Shown here piece after piece: positions 24,151-36,200 of a DNA stretch of 64,000 nt. The notes beneath the pieces were generated by a model, which was not told where the DNA came from, ran no database searches, and worked only from the letters and a program-made list of their open reading frames with translations. Made by a program: the position numbers and the translations under genes. The DNA is from Raillietiella orientalis. Lineage: Eukaryota. The number at the start of each line of letters is the position of its first letter. The first letter of the stretch is position 1. The DNA is taken from contig JAYWIR010000008.1 in assembly GCA_036172245.1 (NCBI GenBank), forward strand, positions 4,216,001 through 4,280,000, in the 5' to 3' direction.

Positions 24151-25512
24151 GAAGGGCGATTCCCTCGCCAGGAATGCGCCCCTTGTCCCGTAGAAGTTTC
24201 CCAACAGGGAGGTGCAGCCAGGGGCGATAAAGCGGGAGTCCTCTCTTTTCTCCTCCTCCTAACCAGCCTGCGGCTGCCTCCTAAAGGACGCCATGAGCTC
24301 CCATCGACTGGTGGCGCCAGCTACAAGCCGATGATGACAACCGGCACTGCAGAGGGAACGCTCACCCTCCATCCCCAGGAGCGCTTTTCAGGTGCACTCC
24401 CCGGAGGCCAAGTAGGAAGTGAAAGAGGAAGAAGGTCAGGATAAGAAAGACTTTCTGTTTCGCCCCAATTCTCTCCTCCGCTACCTGTTGAGTGGTCTTC
24501 TCCTTTCGGAGGGGAGGGAAGAGCCTCGACACGGAGAGTGGGGGGGCAGCAGCAAGTGGATGGGAGAGAAGGCTTAACGGGATGAGCGCAGGAAAGGGAA
24601 AGGTGGGATGAGGGGAAGGGGTGGGATCTACTCCCCACCCGAGTTCCAGCACGGTCTCTACCCGTCATCTTCCTTTTTCCTCGCATCTCGTTCCCGCCTG
24701 CCCCATCTCTCCCTTCTCTCTTGTTCAAAACCACCCTCCTGCTCTTTCCTCTTTTAAAAAGGTCTGCATCGTGAGCTGCCGCCTCCCTATCGAGCCTTCA
24801 GCCGCCCCCACTGTAGGCGGTGGTGGCGGGATCTGGGACGAAAGGGAGCTCTTTCTCCGGGAACGAACTCCCTTCGTGCAAGTGAAAGAGGGTGAGGCCG
24901 GAAGGCGAGGACAAGAGAAAGAGATGACGTTCCTTGGACCTCTCGTGGCTGGGGCTACTGCTCCTGGACCGAACTCTTGGATGGGAGCCGAGCACCCTAG
25001 GAGAATCATCTCTTGTGTTCTGCTCCCGGGAAGATCGGTACATTCGTCCCACGCGGAGGACCGCGCCTATGCCCTCGTCGCTTCCTCTGGGAGATCCGGG
25101 GGAAAGGTCGGATTCCGAGATGAAAAGCGGCGGACACTCCTGGGACGCTGCATGAAATGGGTAAGCGGAATTGGCTCTTCCCCATGGCGCTCCCTGGAGA
25201 CGGCAGTCGGCAGCATCAGAAGAGCAGCAGGGAGTGCCGACAGGTTGTGACAGCGCAACTGGGATGGAACGCCGGGAAGATGAAGGAAGGGGGGAAGGTG
25301 TGCTGCCGCGAAGAAATGCGTTATCCCCTTGAAGGTCTGCGGCGAACGCGGGGGAAAGGGAAGGGGAAGGAGGGCGAGAAGTCCCCCTGTTTGGAAATCG
25401 GCACTGCAGTCCAAAGGGACTCCTCTTCCCGCTTTGAGGGGCAGGTGGAGTGCTCAGGGAGTCTCCCTGGGAAAGAACGCTGGTCCTGCTGCAAGGGAAA
25501 CGCGGGGGACGC

Positions 25513-25518
25513 TTTATT
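25513..25518 (-). promoter_or_regulatory. Candidate polyadenylation signal for paralogue B
   Basis: The first AATAAA I noticed on the minus strand downstream of the coding region (plus-strand TTTATT), ~1.5 kb past 26993. Motif only. Confidence 0.3.
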
Positions 25519-26992
25519 GTATCCGAAAGCCCCAACACAACAGGGGATGGTTGGAGGAAGAGGAAGGGGGAGCAGGTGCCTCGCAACGCGTGGGCGTCTT
25601 TTGGGGCAGCACCCGTGGATGTGCACTCCCCGCCTCGCAGAAACAACAAAAAAAAAGAAAAAATGCCGGAAGGAGCGTGGGGGGGGAGGGTAGGAGGGAG
25701 GATGTTGGTGCGTCCATGCTTTTCTCGCAGCGTCTTCCTGTCTTCCCTCTGGTCAGTCCGGTCAGCCTCCGTGGGGAGATCCACTGAGCTGCGCGTCGCT
25801 GTAGGGGAGAAAGGCGAAGGTGCCATTCGTTCGTCTGCCTTCGCCGAAAAGGGAGGGGGGGAAGGGATCTCCTTGCGTCGGCGGGGCAGGGTCGGCTGGT
25901 TCTCCGCAAAGGGGGAGAGAGGGGATGCCACCCTTCCGGCGTCCTACCGTAGGGGGGGATTCGTCCTGACGCCGGTGATGGCAGCGATCGTGGGCGGCGG
26001 CGGGTTGGCAGTAACGGGGAATGGGCGCTTCTCCGCTGACTAGCTGGCGGCGCCTCCACTCTGCGAAGGGGGAGGAGCAGCGGGATCCATGGCGACGGAG
26101 ACGCCGGCAAGGGGATGTCCGGAGAGCGACTGAGGGTGGGGGTGCACTATGCGCGCAATGGCGGACTCCGTGGCAACGGGCTGGCGTGAAGTCCCGAGCG
26201 TCTCACATGCCGTCGTCATCGAACGTCCCCGTCCTCGAGCACGCCTTTCGAGAAGTGAAGGTTCCCTGGAAACGGAATGTGGAGACAGCTTCCCACCACC
26301 GAAGCGCGGCGCTGCCGTCGTTCCACTAGCTCCCGGGAGGCGTAGCCGGAGCCCCGGCTTTACTGACTCTGCTGGGAGTAAGGGAGTGAAGGGTGGAGGG
26401 TTACAAATGGCTCCCCGTCCCGCATCCGGGGTCCCAGAACATCGAGCACCCGGATGCAAGATGCCGCGACGACATTGCCACGGCGAGGCTTCCCCTCTCT
26501 GCACCTGCGATGGCAGTCTCACCCTGCCTCGTTGTCGCCCAGCAACGGGGTTGAGGCGAAGAGAAAGTAAACGAAAGGGGGCACTCATATAGGCTTCCCA
26601 CCTGCTGAGGAGTCTCCTCGTGACCTGCCCTTGATGTCCGTAGGCAACCGGCCGCTGCAGGTTCCCCGCCCGCATTCGGGACGAACCGAGCGATCTCCCT
26701 TCATGTATTCGAGAGCGAAGCGGTCGCCACCCCATTCCAGCCTCCGGGAACCGGGAGAGATACACGTGCGCCTTTCTGGCGACCCCCTCCCCTTCCTTCC
26801 TGCGCAGCACTGACCTGGGACACGAATAGGGCGCAGCTCACCTGCTCCAGCAGCTCCCCCATCCGATACCTGGAAGAATCAGGGCGATGGTCAGCGTCCG
26901 AGAGGCGTCACCCGTTCCCTGGACGCCGGGATCCGGAAGGGAAGAGTGACGCTCCAGGGAACCGGGAAATGGGGGAAGATGGGATGGCGCTC

Positions 26993-27282
26993 TTACCGCG
27001 AGTCTGCCTGCTGAACGCGGCACATGCGGGGTGCCCGTGCCTGCAGTTCCTTGGTGGCTCCCTCTCCGAGGCGACCTTCGCAGCCGCAGTCCCGTGGTCC
27101 TACGGTTCGCTCCCGGCGGCGTTCCCCGGCGGCGACGACAATCGAAGGCCGCTCGGCTTTGACCAGAGGTCCGGAGGGGTTACAGCGGATCCCACCTCCT
27201 CCGTGGGCATGGTCCGGGTCCGAGCCCACGTGCCGGCAGAACTCCGGGATGCGAGCCTTCATGCCGCAGTAGTACGGGTCGT
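26993..27282 (-). CDS. Paralogue B coding exon (DDPYYCGMKARIPEF...QQADSR), terminal or spliced onward
   Basis: Acceptor cccctttccag; DPYYCG motif. Ends at CG|GTAAGA, where an in-frame TAA overlaps a strong donor. Confidence 0.75.
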
Positions 27283-30200
27283 CTGGAAAGGGGGAAAAAG
27301 GGAGAGTCCCTCTCACTGCGGGTTCGAAAGAGGAGCTGCTCCCGGTTACCATCCCTCCAGTCCCTCTTTTCCTGCCTTCCCATCAGCTCCTCCCCCCCTA
27401 CGGGCCTCTCGCCCGGGAGGGCGGCTCCCCGATGGTCCCCACGTACCGCACTTGCGGGTCTTCCCGCCGAAGAACCCCTGTCCGCGGCGGAACCTGGCAA
27501 CAGCCATGGCCTCGAAGTCGTCGTCGTCGTCGTCCTCGTCGAACCCGGCCCTCCTCCTGTCCTCCTTGTCTCCCTCTTTGGCTTCCCCCTCCTCCTGCAT
27601 CTCATCGTCGTCATAGTCAGGCTGCAAGACACCTCGATCATGCAACCCGATCAGCGCTCGCACCTTCGGGATGATGCATCGGTCCGTATCCCGCGGAGGC
27701 AGCTTCGGGGGATTTTCGGAGGACCACCAGCCGGAGTCTCGGTCCTTGCTGGAGCCGCCGCTGCTCCTGCGCCCGGTGCTCCCACGGGACCCACTGCCGT
27801 CAGAGAAGTTGGAACCAGGTGGTCTGTGTACGCACTCGAGGAGCCGTTTCGCTGCAGGAAAGGAGGAGACGGAGGTCAAGGTCGCCTGCGGAAAAGCTCA
27901 TTTCCCTCCCTTCCCCTCGCTCCGTGCGGGGATAGGGAGGGCTTCCTTGCGTTCCTGCGCGCGCGGTCGCAGTCTCACGGAAGAAGGGGAACTCCGCGCA
28001 TCCCTCTGGGGTTCGCCTCCCGGGCCTCAGGAGGCGAGTCCTTCATCCTCCTCCTTCCCCTTCTCCCGGAGGGAGGAGAGGGAGAGAGGCGGAACAGCTG
28101 ATCGTCTCTTCGCCCTCGCCTTCTTCCCGTGGCAACAGACCCTTCATGAGAGTCGCTTCTGGGTTGTAAGGAAAGCAAGGGGGGACTGTCTGGGAGCGAT
28201 TCGTTGGTCTCCCACTCGTGACCCCTCTGCTTCCGCCTCCCACCCTCTTTTCCATCCGTCTTGATGCGGAGCGCCCCCCTTCCCGCGGCGAGCAGGGCGA
28301 TCACCTCTCTTCCTTCCCTCCCCTTCTTCCTTCCCGCTATCGGCGGAAGGCTTCGCTCCCCGGCGGCGACGACAATCAAAGGGCGCTCACCTGAAGGCAG
28401 CCTCGACTTGAGCATGTCTATGGCAACCACGTTGATGATCATGATCCAGCAGGGGCATCGGAGGATGTCCTGATCGTTCTTGCCAAAGACCGCGGTGCTA
28501 ATGCACTGCTGCTCCAGCTTGCGCCTGTCCGGGTAGGTCCTCTTCAGCTCCGAGATGACGTTTTCCTGGAACCTCTTCATGTCGAAGAGCTGCAACAGGA
28601 AGAGGAAGTCGTCTTGGTTGCCTCGAGAGGGGAAGGAGGGGGAAGCACAAGGGCACAGGGAAGGCGGAAGCAAAGGATGAAGGGAAAGGGGATCGGAGGT
28701 CTTCTTAGGCGCCCCCGACTTCGCCGCGGCACATTTGAAGAAGCGAGAAAGCAGACGAAGCTAGGGAGATAGGTCCATCGCATCCTCCGCGGGAGACGGT
28801 CGGATGCCACCTCGCTTGAGGTTCGGAGGGTGTGGGCGCGCGCGCACCTGTGGGACCCGGACGCCCTCAGCTGCTTGGGGACGTGGAGGCGCAGGGCATA
28901 TGCGCGGGGATTTCGCGGTATGGACGAGGATTCTCTGGTTGCCATGGGGAACGGCGGGACAGCGGCGACCTTCCCACCCTCTGCTTCGTTTCTCCCTCCT
29001 CGTGCGGTGGAAGGAGGAGCCGAAAACACCAGCTGGTGCTCCTACCACCTTCCTCTTTCCCCTTCATCCTCCCTCTGTCTTACCCTGACCGGCTTGCCTG
29101 CCGGGAGGCAGCCGTTGTGGAGTCGCTGGACCTCCGGCCCGACGCAGCTCTCCGAGCACGTGCTGCTGACGAAGATGCTGCTCTTGGATAGTCGCTTCAG
29201 CAGAATGTTTCCGTAATCGTCCATCTTGACCTTCAGCCCCTACAGGGAGAGCAGAGAGGAGGAGAAGGGTGGAGTAAGGCGGGGCGGGACTGGGGAGGAT
29301 AAGGGTGGGAGCCATGCCCGGTGAGTACTCACCCCTCTCCCCAGCCCCTTCTTCCTTCCCATCTCCGCGCCCCTCCCCCGGGAGGTCCACCCAGCCACCC
29401 ACGCGTACCTGACCAATTTGTCTCTTGACTATCTCCGTCTTGGAGTCCCTCATAGGATTGTCGAAGCCGCACAGGCCGATGCTGGAAGAGCAGATAAGGG
29501 AGGAGTCACCAACGCTGGAAAAGACGACCTCGTTTCGACGCACCCCGCGGCCACCGCCACCCACGGAGCATCCAGCCCTACCTCTCCCTCCCTTTTCCCC
29601 TTTCCTCCCCTCCCCAGAGAGGTGGGACAAGGCGGAAACGCGCACCTCGCCTCCTGCCCCTCTCCCCCCGGCTCCGGAATCCCTGATGGGAGCGCCTCGC
29701 CGCTCGAGAGGCCCGAACAAACTCCCTTCCCTTTTCCCCTTCTCGTGCGACTCCGGTGTCCTCTCCCCTCCCCCTCCTCCTGGAGGGGGGGGGGAGGAAT
29801 GACAGGAAGAGTCAGCTGTCCTTAGAGGCGCTGCGACCCTCTGCGGCGCGGCAATGCCGAGGAAAGAAACCGAGGCTCGCTGCCCCGCTTATCCCGGTGC
29901 TCCACCCCACACCATCCCACCCCTCGCGTCCCTGGCGCAGAAGCGCTGGCGTCGTCATTTGCGTCTTCGGATCCCGCTGGGACGGCAGCGGCCAGCAGCC
30001 TCAGGTAATGTCCGGCGACTGAGCAGGCCTCTCCCTTCTCCCAAAGAACGGGGCGCTCGCTTCCCAGGAGAGCGCCGACCTCGCCCTGAGCTCGGTCACG
30101 AGCGTCTCGTCGGCGCCGGACTTCCTCCTTCCTCGTTCACGCGCTGTGCGGGGGGAGACGCCGTGCCTTCGGGCCTTCCTCGCTCGTGAGCTGTGCGGGC

Positions 30201-33200
30201 GCCTCTTCTCCGGGAGCGCGATTACGAAGGGGGGGAGAAGGGAAGGGCTGTGGGGAGCAGCAGCTCGGAGTGTCACACGCTCCCTTTGGGGACGCACCGC
30301 ACTCATGCTGCGCGCGCGCAAGGGGGAGCTCATTGGCCCGCTGCTGCCCAGCAGATAGACGAGGCGGCTAGGGAGGGAAGGAGAAGGGGAGGGGTGCATT
30401 CTCCGCAGCGCCCTGGAGCAATCGCGAGGCCCGGGAGGTGCTCCTCGAACGGGAATAGGCGAATTCTCAAGCGAAGAGGAGGACCCCAGAGGACAGGAGA
30501 AGCCATCCGTAGGGAACGGAAGCAGAAAGGGTGGGTGCGCGTGGGCGAAGCTTCGCAGTTCCGGAGGAAGGGAGGGAACCGGGAGGAGGAGGAAGAGGAG
30601 GACGATTCGGGGGCGAAAGGAGAGTGGACGTTCTCCCTGGAACGGAAGAGGGAGCAGAACACTGCTCCTTCGGAGATTCGCGAGGGGCGCTGGCGTTGGT
30701 AGCTGCTGGCTACCCCGACCGGGAGCGGTGCGACCCTTTCGTAGCGGCGATGGCGCCTGGGGACCGTGGGAGTGCTTGCTTCCCTGAACCCTACCCTCCA
30801 CCCTCCTGGGCACTCCACCTACTCACCGGAGACCGTCGAAGCCCTCCTCGGACCCGTTTATGGTCAGGACGGGGGCGCGCGCGTAGGCCTTTGCCACGCG
30901 GCGGTTCCTTTCCATGACGACGATCTTTGCCCAGATCTCATCGTCGATGTGGTTCCATTTGGTCAGCACCTCTTGTATGTGATCCTAGAAGATGCCGAAA
31001 GGGATTACGAGGCATATCGCCTCCCCTTTCCCAGTGCAGAGAGCACGCGCGAAGGAACGTTGCTGCGGAGAAAGCGGGAGTAGGAGGGGAAGGGAGGGGG
31101 GAAGGAAAAGAAAGCAAGCCAGAGTAGGAGGTGGATGGATGGATGGCTCTGGATTTATTCCTATTCCTTCCTCTCAGGATCGAGACGAAGAGCGCCCACC
31201 ACAAGGCTTCTTGCACCTCCAGCGGGAGGGCGCGCGCGCCCGTTTTCTGTCGGGTGGAGTGATCGGCATATACGTGCCCCTCTTGCGGCCTCGCAAGGAA
31301 AGTGCGGTAAACTTTCCCGCAGGGTGGCAGGGTGGCCACGTGCGCCGCGGGCAGCACTCGCACCGGCTCATAAGTTCTCCTCCTGCTGCAGACAGTGCCC
31401 CGTGCTCAAGCCTGCTCGGCTCGGAGGAGGAGCGCGCTCCAAGAGATGACCAGGAGCAGCGGAAGGATGCACATCTTGTCACCGACATCGCGAATTCCTC
31501 GAGCGTACCCCGGGGAGGCATGGACGGCGGCTGTTGTGACGACCGGCGGCGACAGCAGAAGTGGCCGGGAGGGAGTCGGCCTGTTAGGGGCCACCCTCCC
31601 GAGAGCGCGATGGCCCTAGGATGGGAGCTCGCACTACCACCGTTTTCTCAAGGACATGAAAGGTCGCTTCCGGGACTGTGTGACAGATCCAGACCAGGGA
31701 GGGACGTTCCTCCGGATCCCGGGAATGAGTCCCCCAGAAGCCACTTGGTTTCGTGAGGGAGGAATGCAGGGGGCACCTTCTGATCCATCCCTGGTGAAGA
31801 TGGTCTCAGCGATTCTTCTGTCGCTACGGTGGCCATTGCCAAGGCAGCAGGTAAGCGGACGCCCTGCTCTCCCTTGGTCCAGCAACGACCGGCAAATCTG
31901 ACATCAAGGACGGAAGAACAGGGGAGGGAGAGCACGCATGATTTCGGACTATCCTTTGCCTCGGCGGAGACCCCCATGGGTCGGGCGGTTTCACGAAGGG
32001 CAGGCGGCACTCATAGGTGGCGCCATCAAGAAAACGTCCAAGGGCGTCCCTCTCTTCCCGGAGGGTGCCGGTTCGATGGAGGGCGAGATTCTCGTGGGGC
32101 AAAAAAGTGAAAAGGGTGGTGGCCCCATTTTCGACAGAGTCCTAGCAGCCTCCTAAGACGAGGTGCCGTCGGGCAAACCGGAGATCGGCAACTGGCAGCT
32201 ATTCGCAGCCGAGGGCACGAAAGAGCCTTGCCGCTCTCTATGGTTTCCGGAGATAAGATGGAGACTGTTCCTTCCCTTCCTTCTTGCTCCTCCCCGCGCT
32301 TTAGCTTAGAACGCGAACGCCCTTCACGTGCTCCCGATGCACCCAGCTTTCCCCGATGTATGGCGAGCGTTTCCGCGGCTTGCAAGAAATCACCAGCCAG
32401 AATCTCTAGCTCGCCAGAGTTCTCAAGGAGGCTCAGCAGAAGAAACCGGCATCGGAAGGGGGAGGTCCCTGAACCTTTCTCTCACGTGGGAAAGTGGCCG
32501 CGCGGGGCCTCGGTTGTTGCTCGAGGTTGCGCGCGCGAGAAGGCAGAGCGAAGGCAGGAAAGCGAAGCACTCCCAAAGAACCAAGTAGAGGAGGGGAAGG
32601 GACCGGTCGGAGGCTTTTCCCGTCGTCTCCTCCTTCCCAAGGGAGATCTGGATCGGTGCCTTCCGGGTTGCCCCGGAGAGGTGAGGCCGAGGGCGCGTGC
32701 GAAAAGTGAATGCCTGCGTTCGACCTCCCGCGGGGTAAAGAGCGAGTAGAGGGGGAGGAAGTTTCAGCGGATGTCCACCCCTGCTTGTGCCTTCGCCCTC
32801 CCTCTTTCTCCTCTCATTGGGCGCGCGCGCTGCACCCACCCCAGGCACAGCTCTCCAAAACTGGTGCAGGGCTTGCCAAACCCCGACGACCGCGCAACAC
32901 GGGCGATGTCGAAAAAGTCGGTTGCTCCGCCGCCGGAGCAGGCCGTGCGTCCGAGAGTTTTCTTTTTCTTTTTTTCCTGTCTTTCTTCGAACGTAACCGG
33001 GTCAAGGTTCACGGGAAGAAAAGGAGGAAAAAGTGGCTCGAAACGAACGCCTCGGAGTGTTGATTGAAAAATTCGACAGCGTTACTTTCACTGCGGACGA
33101 GGGGGACCATGAACGCGTCGACTGGTAATTACCAGGTATCAGTTTCGTCCGATTGGAACGCACGTCGTCCCTCTGTCCTTTCTTTTCCTCTTCCGGCGAC

Positions 33201-36200
33201 GTCACTTCGCGTGCGCTGATTACGGGAAAAGGTTCTTTCTGCGACCGCTCGAGGTTGGACCGCGGTAGAGTGTGGTGGACTGGTTGGAATCCGCCCATTC
33301 GGCGGAAGGGGGCATTCCGTTTCTTGGAAGCACGCAGAGTGCCAAGTGCCCTCTGCCGGTGAAAGCGCAAAGGAGCCTTCGTTCGCGAGCAATCCGCACG
33401 AGGCGCGCGTGCTGTCAACGCCGGGTCCTGGGGCGCTGGTGGTATCAGGGGAAAAGGGCCTCAGATGTCGAAAAAAGGTCCCGAGAGCTCCGCAAACAAC
33501 GACGGGATGGACTCTAGAACGAAATGGTCACGGAACGCGAGGAGAGGCGGGGGAGGGGGAATGGGCTGCAGCCATGTTGTGCGGGGTCAAGTAAAGTCCG
33601 CTGTATTGCGAACGATGCTCGAAGCTTGGATTTGCTTCCTCGTTGAGCGCTGTTCTCGCTGCCCCCACCCCGCAACAATCGCCAACACGTCAAGGCACGC
33701 TTGATAAGAAGTGCCATTGTTGAGATGCAACAAAAGCAGCAATTATCTTCAGCTTTGTTGTCTGGTTTCTCAATTGTTACCAACTGTGCCGACTTCCAAT
33801 TGTTGCGAGGTTCGCCCACGCTGCTGGCCGGGCCCATCCAGTTCTTCGGGAGAGGCATAGCTCGAAGCGCGCAGGAACACTAGTGCTGCCCCGCGGCGGG
33901 GAGAGGACGGGACTTTGCAGGGTGGTGCCGGACTGGATCGGACTGCCCTCCTGGCACGACGTCGAGAGCGTCCCGCAGAAGCTTCCCGGGATTCCCGGGA
34001 TCCTCTCCCCTCTGCAGGAAATTCGCGAAGGAAGGGAGATTTCGATTCCCGGCTGAAGACAGAGTGGGGCGGGCGCCTGTCCGAGCAAGCGGGCTTGGAA
34101 GTGCAAGGGGGCTTTTTCCCAGATGCAGATGCGGGCGCGGCTCACCTGTGCAGAACCTTCACGCAGGGTTCCCAAAGCGTCTGAGCGAACAAAAAGGGCG
34201 GGGGGGGGGGGACTTAGGAGTGCAGCGCTGAGGATATCCACGGTCGCAGGCTGCAATTTCCGAGCACGCGGAACAACAATTAAGAGCTCTTTCGCCGAAC
34301 AATTATGGAGGCAAGAAGATCTGGGCAAGTGAGAGGCAAAACGTGTTAGGGATGCTCCGGAAACCACGCAACGGAGCGGAGCGGATTGCTCCCCAAACTG
34401 GATGGGCCGTGAGCGCGAACACGTGGTGTTCCGTTCTTTCAGAGACGTCTTCTCGCTGAGCGGAGGAGCAGGAAAGGAAGAGATAAAAAGGAACTAGGTT
34501 TCGGGATTCCTTTACTGCCTCTCTCCTTCTTCCCCCTTATTATGAGGGCGCTGGGCGAGAGCCTGTTCCGGACGCCTTTTGCATCGTGTCTCGCCACCAA
34601 GGCTCTCCTGCTGCAGAGGTGAAAGAGAGGAGGACACTGCAGCGGTACCCCAGAGCCGCATGTGAGGCGGCTGTTGTGATGGCTGGCGGCGACAGCAGAG
34701 GTGGTCGGGAGGAAGGGAGTCGGCTGCCAGGGGGCGCGGTAGGGACTACTCTCCCGAGAGCACGATGGCCCTAGGACGGAAGCCCTCTCCAACACCGCTT
34801 TCAGAAGGACATGCGGGGGTCATGTTCCCTTCCATCCCTCTTACTCCTCCCCGCCCTTTGGCTTGGAACGCGAACGCCCTTCACGTGCTCCCGATGCATC
34901 CTGTTTTTCCACGATGATGGCGAGCGTTTCTGCGGCTTGCAAGAGATCACCTGCCAGAATCCCTCGCTCCCCAGAGTTCTCAGAGAGACTCAGCCAAAGA
35001 AACCAGGATAAGACATTGCTGTCCGTTTCGGCTGGCGCGATCGCGTTCCTTTTGCACGCTGTCACGTCGTGTGTCGCAACCTGCGCTTGGATTCACTCCT
35101 TTTGTGAATGCTCTCCCCCCCCCCTCCCTCTTCCTTCCCTCTTTGCCTCCGTCGCCGCATGTGGAACCTGAACGAGCGGCAGGCATGTAATTTGTGGCTC
35201 GGACGCGCCGGTCGTAAACTCCACGGCGGAGCAGCGATGATCTTTCGTGGACGGTCGACAAAGCGTGACACAGGTTTCGAGTGCGCGTTATTAGCCCTTC
35301 CGGGGAAGAGAGGGAAGGAAGGGAAGCCCTGCAGGTGAGAGGTGCGCCCCCACAGCGGGAGATGTGGTACTTTGCCGGCGGACAAGGGTCGCTTCAGGAA
35401 GAAAAATGGGGGATCGCAAGTTTGGGGCACTGAGCCCACCGCCCTCATCTGCGGATGCCTCCGCAAGGCCTCGCTTCCTGGCAGGCTGGCGGAAACGCGC
35501 CCAAGCGCCGGCGGCTTGCCTCTGCTAAGCACGGGGATCGTCCGAAGGCGAGACGGAGGAGCAGAGGACCTTCCCGTCGCTTCTTCTGCCGTTCCCTGAG
35601 GCGAGCGAGAGGAAAAAAAAAAAAACCTCCCTCTTCCCTCCTTCCCTGCGCACTCTTCCCCACCACCATCACGTTTGCCATCTCCCCCTTTCTGCTGCTT
35701 GCGCTTCTTGCACGCGCGCACTACTGTTCCCTCGCCACCTGGCGCCCGACGGCGGCGACGCCGAAAGGACGATCGCCGCGAGCGCGAGGTCGCGTCGGGA
35801 GGGTGGGAACACACGCCCGCGCAAGGAGCGTGCGAGCGAGCGCGTGCCACTCAGCCAAGGCGCCGGATCGAACGACGAAGGATGGTGACGACATACCCCA
35901 CGGTCTCATGCACGCTGAGATTCACAGCGTCTGCGCTGGCGGAGGGAACCCTAAGCGGACGAACCCACGACGATCCACAAGGACGGTGGGGAGAGCTGGT
36001 TTCCCTTCCCTTCCAAGCCCCGTCCCGCGGGAAGGAGGATCCTGCAGAAGGGAAGAGAGGGTTTCTTCCTCCGAGCACCCGTCGGCGCGAGCCGCAGCAC
36101 TGCTGCCTTTTTTCCCCTCCTCCTCCTCCTCCTTCTGGCTGCCACGTTCCAAGGTCGAAGAACGCCTTCCGATGAATGGCAGCGCGGTCGGAAAGTGGAA

